64,000 nucleotides of DNA from a virus: IMG/VR virus record IMGVR_UViG_3300010885_011343, positions 29,879 through 93,878 of that record. One strand, written 5' to 3'. Below, in pieces: positions 49,350 to 57,597 of the stretch; position 1 is the first letter of the stretch; each line of letters begins with the position of its first letter. The notes under the pieces were generated by a model. That model had not been told where the DNA came from and made no database searches. It worked only from the letters and a program-made list of their open reading frames with translations. Made by a program: the position numbers and the translations under genes.

Positions 49350-49633
49350 ACTTGAATTTCGCTTTCAAAAATATTAGACCATTGTTTAAGTTTTGCAATT
49401 TTATTATTCGATGCAGTGAGTACTTCATCTTTGTCAACTAGGTTATGGTCAATACACAGGTTGATCATTGCCTGTAAGTCGCCTAGTTCTTCTGCCAAGT
49501 GTTGTCTGTTAGTCAACGGTTTACCTGGCTTAAAGTTGTCTAGGCCAAATCGACTAATTTTACTAACAGCAACAATTACCTCTGCACACTCTTCTTGTGT
49601 AATGTCAAGGATTTCTTTTTCTTTTGAATTCAT
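49346..49633 (-). CDS. MazG-like NTP pyrophosphohydrolase
   Basis: EECAEVI...EELGDL (ExxE...ExxD). Confidence 0.75.
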   Translation of the reverse strand: MNSKEKEILDITQEECAEVIVAVSKISRFGLDNFKPGKPLTNRQHLAEELGDLQAMINLCIDHNLVDKDEVLTASNNKIAKLKQWSNIFESEIQV

Positions 49634-49634
49634 A

Positions 49635-49829
49635 TTAGCTTCCGCAATCTATACGCCAGGGGCAAGTTGATAACATTTGTGTACTACAGTCATCCTCACC
49701 AAAACAACTAGGTTGGTGTGTACGCTTTAATCTAATTACTGTATGTATCCGGCGCCGTTCTTCGCTATCACCAAACCCTGTATTACAGAGCTTGGCTTCT
49801 TCGTTTAATAGATCTTGTAGATTAGGCAA
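49635..49829 (-). CDS. Small Cys-containing hypothetical protein
   Basis: CFGEDDCS...CPWRIDC. Confidence 0.45.
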   Translation of the reverse strand: MPNLQDLLNEEAKLCNTGFGDSEERRRIHTVIRLKRTHQPSCFGEDDCSTQMLSTCPWRIDCGS

Positions 49830-50376
49830 ACAAGTCCTCGTTCCATTCGCGATGGCCTTCGCGGAAAGCCATATTGGACTGTGTCTCTCTGACTTCTACA
49901 CGATAGCACCACAAACGCTTGGCTTCACCCTCGCCCCACATCTCGGGAATGTAAACTCCATTGACATACTTGTAGAGCATATCACTAAGACCTTCACAAC
50001 CTAGTTTAGGCAGTACTACAATCTTGGCCATATTCTTTTCTTGTAGCAGTTGGAATGTGGGCATATCAGGATCATCTGCGGCTACAATCAGCGTGTGATC
50101 AAATTGATCTTCTAGGATCTTTTTAAGTTCTTTTAGGCCACCGTAGTCCGCGGCCCAGTTACGAACGTCTAGGTCGTTGGTACCAAAGTAAAACTTCATT
50201 GAGAAGCTGTACCCGTGAATTAGGTTGCAATGACTGTCAGCTCGCCACTGACGATACGCACAAGGAAAAGCATCGTGATACTCTTTGGTGCTGGTATATT
50301 TGTAACTGACTGGACCCACGTAAGGAAGGTTGTCTTCTAAGTGTCTGATTAAATCAGCTGTTGATGATTTTGCCAT
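49822..50376 (-). CDS. queD: 6-carboxy-5,6,7,8-tetrahydropterin synthase
   Basis: SHCNLIHGY, DYGGLK...FDH, GCE and VEVRET. Confidence 0.88.
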   Translation of the reverse strand: MAKSSTADLIRHLEDNLPYVGPVSYKYTSTKEYHDAFPCAYRQWRADSHCNLIHGYSFSMKFYFGTNDLDVRNWAADYGGLKELKKILEDQFDHTLIVAADDPDMPTFQLLQEKNMAKIVVLPKLGCEGLSDMLYKYVNGVYIPEMWGEGEAKRLWCYRVEVRETQSNMAFREGHREWNEDLFA

Positions 50377-50382
50377 TATTTT

Positions 50383-50449
50383 CTCCTATGTTAATTATAG
50401 CATAGGCAGCAGAATTTGTATAGCGGGTTGATGCTCGGAGGCCGCTTTG
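50383..50449 (-). ncRNA. Candidate preQ1-I-like riboswitch in the queD leader
   Basis: AGCGG-CCUCCGAGCAUCAAC-CCGCU-AUACAAA-UUCUGCU, followed by a CCUAUG/CAUAGG hairpin over the SD. Confidence 0.45.
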
Positions 50450-50457
50450 ACATCTAT

Positions 50458-50793
50458 TTAGTATTGTTTTTCAAGTTGATCCAAATGTTCTTGAAAATTA
50501 TGCTGTTCAATATCATCTAAAAATTTAATCAAGAACATACTGGCCGCACTGGCATCAGCGCCATCAAAGTGCAACCTGGTTCCACCGGTCCCGTCCTGTC
50601 TATGATAACAGAACTTGCCCTTACCATAACGAACACGATGTTTTACGTGTTCGCGTCCTCGATTATCCCAGACCGTGTCTTTGAACACTTCTCCGCCAAC
50701 TAGCCTATACCATTCAATCATTTCTTCAGTTAGACTGCGGACTTCAATGTGTATTGGGTAGTGTACTTTACAGCCTGGCGGAAGTGGAATCAT
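50458..50793 (-). CDS. Hypothetical protein
   Basis: Start MIPLPPGC with an ATGA overlap. Confidence 0.55.
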   Translation of the reverse strand: MIPLPPGCKVHYPIHIEVRSLTEEMIEWYRLVGGEVFKDTVWDNRGREHVKHRVRYGKGKFCYHRQDGTGGTRLHFDGADASAASMFLIKFLDDIEQHNFQEHLDQLEKQY

Positions 50794-51251
50794 TTTACGG
50801 CTCTCTCGGTAAGGTATTGTTCGTTTTGAATCCATTTGTTTTTAACTAGGAATCCCCATTCGCGTTGTTGAGGACCAGGCATAAACAATGTCCAACATTC
50901 TATACTAGGATCTAATTCAATGCGATGGTAACTAGTTGCTTCGCATATTCTAAAACTGCCCGGACCTCTCCATTTTGCAATCTCTCCAATCTTTAATCCT
51001 TGATCATTAAATTGCGGAATCCATTCCCAATATCCGCCTTTTAGGATAATAGTAGCATAAGGCCAAGGATGGTCGTGGACATCATCGGGATCTGATTTAA
51101 GAAACCTATGAAGAAATATGTTAAATGGAAACCAAGTTCTATCTTTAAGAAAGAGATAATACCGCTCAAGGTAAGGCTCATTGTTTATCCTATCCATTAC
51201 AATACGTTTACGACCCAGGCTGTCAAGCCAATTTAAGAATGCTTTTTTCAT
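50790..51251 (-). CDS. Cupin-fold protein
   Basis: HDHPW...GGYWE...YHRI metal-binding pattern. Confidence 0.7.
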   Translation of the reverse strand: MKKAFLNWLDSLGRKRIVMDRINNEPYLERYYLFLKDRTWFPFNIFLHRFLKSDPDDVHDHPWPYATIILKGGYWEWIPQFNDQGLKIGEIAKWRGPGSFRICEATSYHRIELDPSIECWTLFMPGPQQREWGFLVKNKWIQNEQYLTERAVK

Positions 51252-51523
51252 TCAGTACTCTTTAGTAAATGAAAGCTAATTAGTTTTCCTAGTTCTCGAT
51301 CAAAGTTCTTCTTATTATCAGGAATGACATAGTAACTAGGACGATGATGATTCTCTGTTTTAATGGCAATAATGTATCCACCGGTAGCTTTAGTAACACC
51401 AATGGTGTAATTGGGTGCTATATCATTGCCGCCTAATGAAATAGTGTCAATGCTCATAGGTCCGAGACTGTACGAGCCCGATGAACCAGTGATACCAATT
51501 GTGCTCATATTGATCATACTCAT
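51248..51523 (-). CDS. Hypothetical protein
   Basis: 91-aa ORF. Confidence 0.5.
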   Translation of the reverse strand: MSMINMSTIGITGSSGSYSLGPMSIDTISLGGNDIAPNYTIGVTKATGGYIIAIKTENHHRPSYYVIPDNKKNFDRELGKLISFHLLKSTE

Positions 51524-51524
51524 A

Positions 51525-52217
51525 TTAATCCTTTTTGTCGCCGGTTAGGTTTAACAGACTTAGGAAAATGTTAATAAAGTCCAGGTACAGTGTAATTGCA
51601 CCCATAATCTCTGCACCATCGTCTGCATTACTGTCGTATAACATTTCGCGTATTTGCTGAGTGTCATAGGCGGTCAATCCCAAGAAGATAACAATGGCCA
51701 CAGCACTGATCACCATTTGCATTACGCTACTGCCAATAAAGATGTTAATAACGCTGGCAATGATGATGGCAACGAGCCCAATGAACATAAACTTTCCAAG
51801 GCTGTCAAGGCTACGTTTAGTAAAGTAGCCATAGACGCTCATAATACCAAATAGGATACCGGCACCCATAAATGCACTAACAATACTGCCCATTGTGTAT
51901 AGTGCAAAGATTGTGGCAAAACTTAACCCCATCAATCCTGCAAATGCGTGTAAGGTTAACACCTTGCCACCTTTAGAAATTCCCGAACTAAGCAAGTACG
52001 GAACAGCAAAAATAAACGCCAGTGGTGCAAGAATCACAATCCATTTTGTCCAGCCGGTAAAGAATAATTGCAGTAGAGCAGGACTGGTGCCCACTAGGTA
52101 ACTAACAATCATACTGTTAATTACAGCGGCCGCCATATGTCCGTATACACGGCCCATTGCTTGATTGATCTGATCTGCAGATCGGTATGTGATAGTGTCA
52201 ATTGTATCTGTAAACAT
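51525..52217 (-). CDS. Bax inhibitor-1/YccA family membrane protein
   Basis: About seven hydrophobic segments, with AYDTQQIR and LYLDFINIF. Confidence 0.9.
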   Translation of the reverse strand: MFTDTIDTITYRSADQINQAMGRVYGHMAAAVINSMIVSYLVGTSPALLQLFFTGWTKWIVILAPLAFIFAVPYLLSSGISKGGKVLTLHAFAGLMGLSFATIFALYTMGSIVSAFMGAGILFGIMSVYGYFTKRSLDSLGKFMFIGLVAIIIASVINIFIGSSVMQMVISAVAIVIFLGLTAYDTQQIREMLYDSNADDGAEIMGAITLYLDFINIFLSLLNLTGDKKD

Positions 52218-52226
52218 TGTATCTCC

Positions 52227-52970
52227 TTATCTTGGTGCAAAATCTTGTTGCAGTTTAATGTTATCAAAAAACTCTTTCTTTGTACTTTGGTCTGTGTTGA
52301 ACGCACCTTTAAGTACAGTAGTCTGAGTCAGCGAACTATGTGCCATAATGCCACGATTCTCACAGCATCCGTGTACTGCTTGAACATAAACGCCTACGTC
52401 TCGAGCATCTGTGGCCTTCATAATTTCTCGAGCTATATCATTACACAATTCTTCCTGGAGGGTACCTCGACGAGCACACCATTGTGCAATACGTGTATAT
52501 TTGGAAAGTCCTATGAGCTTCTCAGCCGCGATAATACCAATATAAGCAACCCCAGTAACGGGTTGATGATGATGACTACACATACTGCGAAGTTCACTAC
52601 GAACCACAAGCATACCTTCATACCTATCTGTAGTATCGTTTGGAAACGCTGTTGCATCCGGCCTTGGTTCATATCTGCCTGCCATTATTTCATTAAAGTA
52701 CATTTTAGCCAGTCGGCGTGCTGTGCCTTTTGAATTGGGATCGTTTTTGCGATCAATTAATAGTGCATCTAGTACACCTTCGAATGCTTCTGCGGCTTCG
52801 TTGATAAGTTTTTCTTTATCGCCGTCCCACAGGTACTCACTGATGTTGTCTCCGGCCCAAAATCTTTTGCCGTCACGTGTCATTTTAGCGCGAATATACC
52901 CGCCTAGATAGCCTTCTTCATATCCACCATCGCCTGCCATTGCGTCCAGGCCTGTTTCTTTATTTGTCAA
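52227..52970 (-). CDS. folE: GTP cyclohydrolase I
   Basis: SMCSHHHQP, GLSKYTRI, RRGTLQEEL and HGCCENRG; TTG start with an SD. Confidence 0.95.
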   Translation of the reverse strand: MTNKETGLDAMAGDGGYEEGYLGGYIRAKMTRDGKRFWAGDNISEYLWDGDKEKLINEAAEAFEGVLDALLIDRKNDPNSKGTARRLAKMYFNEIMAGRYEPRPDATAFPNDTTDRYEGMLVVRSELRSMCSHHHQPVTGVAYIGIIAAEKLIGLSKYTRIAQWCARRGTLQEELCNDIAREIMKATDARDVGVYVQAVHGCCENRGIMAHSSLTQTTVLKGAFNTDQSTKKEFFDNIKLQQDFAPR

Positions 52971-53009
52971 TTGTATGTTTCTCCGAGTTATTGTCGAGGA
53001 TGACAGCTT

Positions 53010-53038
53010 ATTGTAATGTATTTAGAATCTTTAGTCAA
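53010..53038 (-). promoter_or_regulatory. Composite promoter: sigma70 with TAAATA in the spacer
   Basis: TTGACT-17-TACAAT with TTCTAAATACATT overlapping the spacer. Confidence 0.7.
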
Positions 53039-54026
53039 CTAGTAATGGAAGGTTTTTTTGCCAATTCCACGTTGTATTAACTATATTTCTAATGTCACTA
53101 TTTCTAGGCCGCCATTGTGTTTCACTTTGGAATAGATCGCTATTGGCAACCAAAATGTCTGGATCTCCAATGCGTCTATCTTTAACTTCATAGTTGATCT
53201 TCTCTCCAACTACTTCTTCACAGGTTTGCATAATGGTCTGGTTACTGTGACCGTGTCCTGTGCCTAAATTGTATGCACCGAATTGCCCTGGCTCAAATCG
53301 ATCTGCTAAACATACTGCCTCTAGGTGTGCGTGGGCAATGTCAATTACGTGTAGATAGTCTCGTATGCAGGTACCGTCGGGCGTGTTGTAGTCGTTGCCA
53401 TATAAATGAAAATTTCTTTTATTTTGGTAAGCACTTAACACCCTAGGGATCATATGAGTGTCATCGACTACGTGCCCTAAAATACCATCAGGGTCGCATC
53501 CACAGGCATTAAAATATCGTAGTGCAATACCTTTGAATCCGTGTGCGCTACAATGACCTTGAATAATCTTTTCACAAAACAGTTTACTCCAACCGTAAGG
53601 GCTGATTGGATTTTGTGTGCTAGATTCTGTGATGTTATCAGCATCAGCTGGAATGCCATATGTAGCGGCACTGCTACTAAAAATGATTTTGCCAGACCAC
53701 CCGCCTAGGTTGTGCAGATCTTCTAGCATTGAGTTGGTCTTGCCACTGTTGTTGTCGTAGTAAGTGTATGGGTCGCTAAGACTTGGTCCAACCAGACTAG
53801 TGCCGGCGCAGTGAATAATAGCGTCGGGTTGGTGTATATTTGCCGCTCCAACAGTTATACCATCAACAAAGTCATTGACTAACAGCTCATCTAGATAATA
53901 AGCAGACTGCAAAACTGTTTGACTTTTGTCAATGCCAACAACATAGTATCCAGCATCCTTAAAGACCTTGGCAGTATGCCCGCCAATGAATCCCATTGCA
54001 CCAGTGATGATCACAGTCTTATTCAT
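53031..54026 (-). CDS. galE: UDP-glucose 4-epimerase
   Basis: TGAMGFIGGH, FSSSAATYG, PYGWSK, LRYFNACG, DGTCIRDYLHV and RRIGDP. Confidence 0.9.
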   Translation of the reverse strand: MNKTVIITGAMGFIGGHTAKVFKDAGYYVVGIDKSQTVLQSAYYLDELLVNDFVDGITVGAANIHQPDAIIHCAGTSLVGPSLSDPYTYYDNNSGKTNSMLEDLHNLGGWSGKIIFSSSAATYGIPADADNITESSTQNPISPYGWSKLFCEKIIQGHCSAHGFKGIALRYFNACGCDPDGILGHVVDDTHMIPRVLSAYQNKRNFHLYGNDYNTPDGTCIRDYLHVIDIAHAHLEAVCLADRFEPGQFGAYNLGTGHGHSNQTIMQTCEEVVGEKINYEVKDRRIGDPDILVANSDLFQSETQWRPRNSDIRNIVNTTWNWQKNLPLLVD

Positions 54027-54217
54027 TTTTGCTTTTTTCTTTTGGGCTTTTCAACGGGTTGGATAGCAACACTGGCAATGGCTTCTCTTACATCACGTAG
54101 CAATGCTTCATCATCCCACTCTAGTTTAGTAGTTCCATCAGAAAAAGTAGTAACTGTCAAGTGACTACCTTTAACCACGCCACTGGGATCTTGTTCTTTC
54201 TTTTTACGTGTTGCCAT
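54023..54217 (-). CDS. Hypothetical protein
   Basis: Basic 64-aa ORF with an SD. Confidence 0.5.
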   Translation of the reverse strand: MATRKKKEQDPSGVVKGSHLTVTTFSDGTTKLEWDDEALLRDVREAIASVAIQPVEKPKRKKQK

Positions 54218-54228
54218 TTTAATTCCTT

Positions 54229-55404
54229 TTAATATTTAGATTCACTAGTGTGTTTACGATAATCTGTGCCCATACGCAACCATTGTGCGCCTTTATCTTC
54301 CATAATGTCAATGATGCGATCTATGGTGCCATCGTTATAGTTACTGATCTCGCCTAACCTTGGATGTGGTGCTTCTAACAATGTATCCAATTTGTTCAAC
54401 GCATCCTCTATGCTCCAGGGCACATAGAGCCTTGTATGGTCATTTGAAAAAGTCTCAGGAAAAGACCTATAAGCAGGGTATAGAACATTACATCCCAAAG
54501 CATCCGCTTCACTGACAGTGTTTGAAACCCAGTCTTGTAAAGCACAATTAAACACGACACGGCTATCGTTAACAATGTTATAGTAGTCATTCTTTTCCAA
54601 ATCCTCGTGTAACTTTAATCGGCCCACTGCCTGCATACTACGAGTACGTTGCATATAACTGTCGTTGTTAGACTTTAGCTTTGCACCACTGCACACAGCA
54701 AACTCTACTGTGCTAACAGGATTACGTTCGAAGTAAGCATCTATTAGATCCATATAGAAGTCTGGTTGCTTCTCTTGGTCCCAACGTGCGCTAAACACCA
54801 CACGCTTCTTACGTTCACTAAATGGTTTAATAATAGGCACACGACTTTGTACCTCTGCCTTGCCAAATGCAAGACCTGAAATATTGTAGATAGGAGCCTT
54901 CCAACCTGCAATCTTCATATGCGCCACCATTTCCTCATTGGTGGCCAGTACGCCAGTGGCAAAGCTATCAACCATCTTTTCGTAAAGACTCATCCACTCA
55001 CTCATACCCCATACGTGTACAAAATCGTCCGGGTCAATGGTCTGTGCTAGACAACGTACAAAGATCTGTGGCCTTAGGTGTGTGGGAGTTTGATCCATAA
55101 TGTATGGCAAACTTTCGATGCCTGGTTGGAACATATCCTCAAAGTAGACTACATCGCTGGCAGTTACTTCTCCGGCCTTCATCATACGCACCAGGTTCAT
55201 AAGCTGGCTCATACCAAAGTATGTGCGTCCGTGTGCATCTAACACTTGCCCTGTGACAATAGCTTGATCGTTGCTGAGTGTTTCGCCTGGGACAATAACA
55301 TAGTCAATGCCTCTACGTTCAAACACTGCACGATTCCACTCTTGTAACTGTAGTGTATATCTTGCCTTGTAGGGCTCTAGGCCCATATAAAATAGTTTTC
55401 TCAT
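54229..55404 (-). CDS. GT-B glycosyltransferase (GT4/Glycos_transf_1-like)
   Basis: VVFSARWDQEKQP, QDWVSNTVSEADALGC and YPAYRSFPE. Confidence 0.8.
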   Translation of the reverse strand: MRKLFYMGLEPYKARYTLQLQEWNRAVFERRGIDYVIVPGETLSNDQAIVTGQVLDAHGRTYFGMSQLMNLVRMMKAGEVTASDVVYFEDMFQPGIESLPYIMDQTPTHLRPQIFVRCLAQTIDPDDFVHVWGMSEWMSLYEKMVDSFATGVLATNEEMVAHMKIAGWKAPIYNISGLAFGKAEVQSRVPIIKPFSERKKRVVFSARWDQEKQPDFYMDLIDAYFERNPVSTVEFAVCSGAKLKSNNDSYMQRTRSMQAVGRLKLHEDLEKNDYYNIVNDSRVVFNCALQDWVSNTVSEADALGCNVLYPAYRSFPETFSNDHTRLYVPWSIEDALNKLDTLLEAPHPRLGEISNYNDGTIDRIIDIMEDKGAQWLRMGTDYRKHTSESKY

Positions 55405-55405
55405 T

Positions 55406-55816
55406 TTAAACTGTCTTAATAGAATTCAGTATGCGCTTGGCAGTTTCGGCGTCTAATGTTGGAATTGGAGCAACCTTTAATTGCTCTTGATGCCAACTGT
55501 AGCTGTCGTTGTGCCACCCCTTGGCGGAATCGTACTTTATTGATTTATCACTGTAGGCTAACCTGTCCAGTGACTCTTCGAGTTTACGTGTACGACGATT
55601 TAAATGGTTGACATCATCAACTAACCTTCGCAAGGGCCCTTTTGATGCGCCTTCGGCAAATTTGTCGGGTTCGGGTTTAGTTAAGATAACCACCATCAAT
55701 AGACTGCGTAGTGCATCAACAATTCTAGGATCATTGCTAGTTAATGCTGTATCAAACATATCAATGAATCGATCCAAGTCAAAATCTGACTGATCCTTGA
55801 CCCGTAACCCACTCAT
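55406..55816 (-). CDS. Hypothetical protein
   Basis: 136-aa ORF with a coiled coil. Confidence 0.55.
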   Translation of the reverse strand: MSGLRVKDQSDFDLDRFIDMFDTALTSNDPRIVDALRSLLMVVILTKPEPDKFAEGASKGPLRRLVDDVNHLNRRTRKLEESLDRLAYSDKSIKYDSAKGWHNDSYSWHQEQLKVAPIPTLDAETAKRILNSIKTV

Positions 55817-56046
55817 TACGCTCTCCTAGTTTGGCGGATAATATAGCCCCAGTTGTCACGTGGCCACTTGCCACGCTTAGTACGGGCCAAGTCGCCCCAG
55901 GGACCACGATCGTTGTATAGATCGGCTTCGTTAAAGGGGTAACCCTGTTTAACACAAAACTCTTTGTACTCTTCCAAGTCCTCGAGGATACGATTAACTT
56001 CTGGCTTCATACGCAGATATTTTTTGAGCCAATTTGGTTGTGCCAT
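55816..56046 (-). CDS. Hypothetical protein
   Basis: 76-aa ORF with an SD. Confidence 0.55.
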   Translation of the reverse strand: MAQPNWLKKYLRMKPEVNRILEDLEEYKEFCVKQGYPFNEADLYNDRGPWGDLARTKRGKWPRDNWGYIIRQTRRA

Positions 56047-56056
56047 TTTTTATTCC

Positions 56057-56512
56057 TTAGATAGCAATGGATTGATACGGGCGAGAAACTTCATATTCGA
56101 TGAGGCAGCCGTTCTCACCATCTTCGGCTACCTCAATCCACACTGCACGACCGGGATACCGATCAGCAATTTGTAGATACAGGTCATCGGCGATCATCTC
56201 GCAGGATTTAAAATCTAACGACAAAACACCTTGTGCGCTACTATACAGTTGTTCAAGCCACCGTTTGAATTGAATAAACTCCACATCTCTGTCGTTGTGG
56301 AAAACGTCAATCCAAACCCTGAAATGAAAAATATGGCGATGAGGATAGCCAAGAAACGATACATCATAATTATCTCCGGTTGCTAGTGCTGGGTCGGTTG
56401 CGGCAGCAGGGTATTTGTGGATTCCTTCTTTGCGGAATGTGATCCAGATTTTACGTTTTGCATCCTGTTTGATTCTATCAACAGTTGCTCTTTGTTCTTG
56501 AGTTAGTGCCAC
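56057..56512 (-). CDS. QueD-like T-fold protein, DpdL-like (putative CDG decarboxylase)
   Basis: LGYPHRHIF (LxxxHRHxF), HNDRDVEFI, SCEMIA and EDGENG; lies in the dpdA cluster and is distinct from the canonical queD. Confidence 0.65.
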   Translation of the reverse strand: MALTQEQRATVDRIKQDAKRKIWITFRKEGIHKYPAAATDPALATGDNYDVSFLGYPHRHIFHFRVWIDVFHNDRDVEFIQFKRWLEQLYSSAQGVLSLDFKSCEMIADDLYLQIADRYPGRAVWIEVAEDGENGCLIEYEVSRPYQSIAI

Positions 56513-56841
56513 GCTTTTAGCCTTTCTAATGTTACGATTTCTTCTAAGGTTGTACCAAAACTGCCGCCCTCGGGGATGACATACAATGTGTTATTAACAC
56601 GATCGGTTTTCTCATCATAGATATGTGTTTCAATAACACTACCACCTTGTGCGGCATACAGATTAAAAGTCATTGAGTGACTTCTAATTTCGCCACTGCT
56701 CGAGACTGTCCTATTACGTCCACGTTTAGTAGCGGACAGTAGGTTACCAATGGCATTACCGTCGGACTCGTCACGCTCCAACATCCTGTTTGGGTAGCTG
56801 GACACCCACTGTAAAAGTTTGAATAGATATTTCTGTATCAT
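56503..56841 (-). CDS. Hypothetical protein
   Basis: 112-aa ORF. Confidence 0.5.
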   Translation of the reverse strand: MIQKYLFKLLQWVSSYPNRMLERDESDGNAIGNLLSATKRGRNRTVSSSGEIRSHSMTFNLYAAQGGSVIETHIYDEKTDRVNNTLYVIPEGGSFGTTLEEIVTLERLKAWH

Positions 56842-57389
56842 TTAACTATTTGGTCTTGTGTGTATTTAGACCAGTCTGTAAAGTTGCGGCGGGCTTTTAA
56901 ATCATTTAGACTATGGCACCAGACGCCGGGATTGGTGGCCTTAAAGTCTTTGTCGTCTAGCTTGATTGTAGCATTATATCCTAGTAGTTGTAAATAGGGC
57001 AATTTCACCGAAATCATTGGAATGAAGTTGTGATGCTCGCACAGGCCACCTTCAAGCAGACCTTCTACACAAGAAACATCAATGTCTAGAGTACAGAAGT
57101 ATCCCTTTTCTAAAAAGTAAGTGACCATTGATTCCCAGGGCTGCCACCTACCAGAATCATTGGTATCTAATTTAGGAAAACTCATATTAGCGCCAAAGTA
57201 AATGTGCTCAATGTGTTTAGATTTATCTTCGTAAGAATTGAAGTCATCCAACCAATCTTGTATTTCGTTAAAAGGTTGTACACCAACCACAAATAGAGTT
57301 TTCTTTCCATATGCAGGTGTGTGCTCTACTTCTGTGCCAGTAAAAAATGTAACAGCATTGGTTACACCAGTTTCATAGTCTCTATTCAT
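56838..57389 (-). CDS. Uncharacterised protein of the deazaguanine cluster
   Basis: GTEVEHTPAYG, HIYFGANMSF and KLDDKDFKATNPGVWCH. Confidence 0.6.
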   Translation of the reverse strand: MNRDYETGVTNAVTFFTGTEVEHTPAYGKKTLFVVGVQPFNEIQDWLDDFNSYEDKSKHIEHIYFGANMSFPKLDTNDSGRWQPWESMVTYFLEKGYFCTLDIDVSCVEGLLEGGLCEHHNFIPMISVKLPYLQLLGYNATIKLDDKDFKATNPGVWCHSLNDLKARRNFTDWSKYTQDQIVK

Positions 57390-57390
57390 T

Positions 57391-57597
57391 TCAGCGATCG
57401 TCCTCTAAATCGACACGTTGATTTTCTTCGTATTGTTCTCTTCGAAGCCTACTAAGTTCATCCAATACTGCTAGTTTTTGTTTTTTAAGATTGTGTAATT
57501 GTGTGTCGGTAAACTTACCGGTACGTTCAAGAGTATCAACTTCGTTGTCTAGTCTTGTGTGTTCTTTTTCCAAATGTTTAATGCGTCCTTCAATCAT
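57391..57597 (-). CDS. DUF465/YdcH-like coiled-coil protein
   Basis: H..LD.EV...LKKQKL.VLDEL. Confidence 0.65.
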   Translation of the reverse strand: MIEGRIKHLEKEHTRLDNEVDTLERTGKFTDTQLHNLKKQKLAVLDELSRLRREQYEENQRVDLEDDR

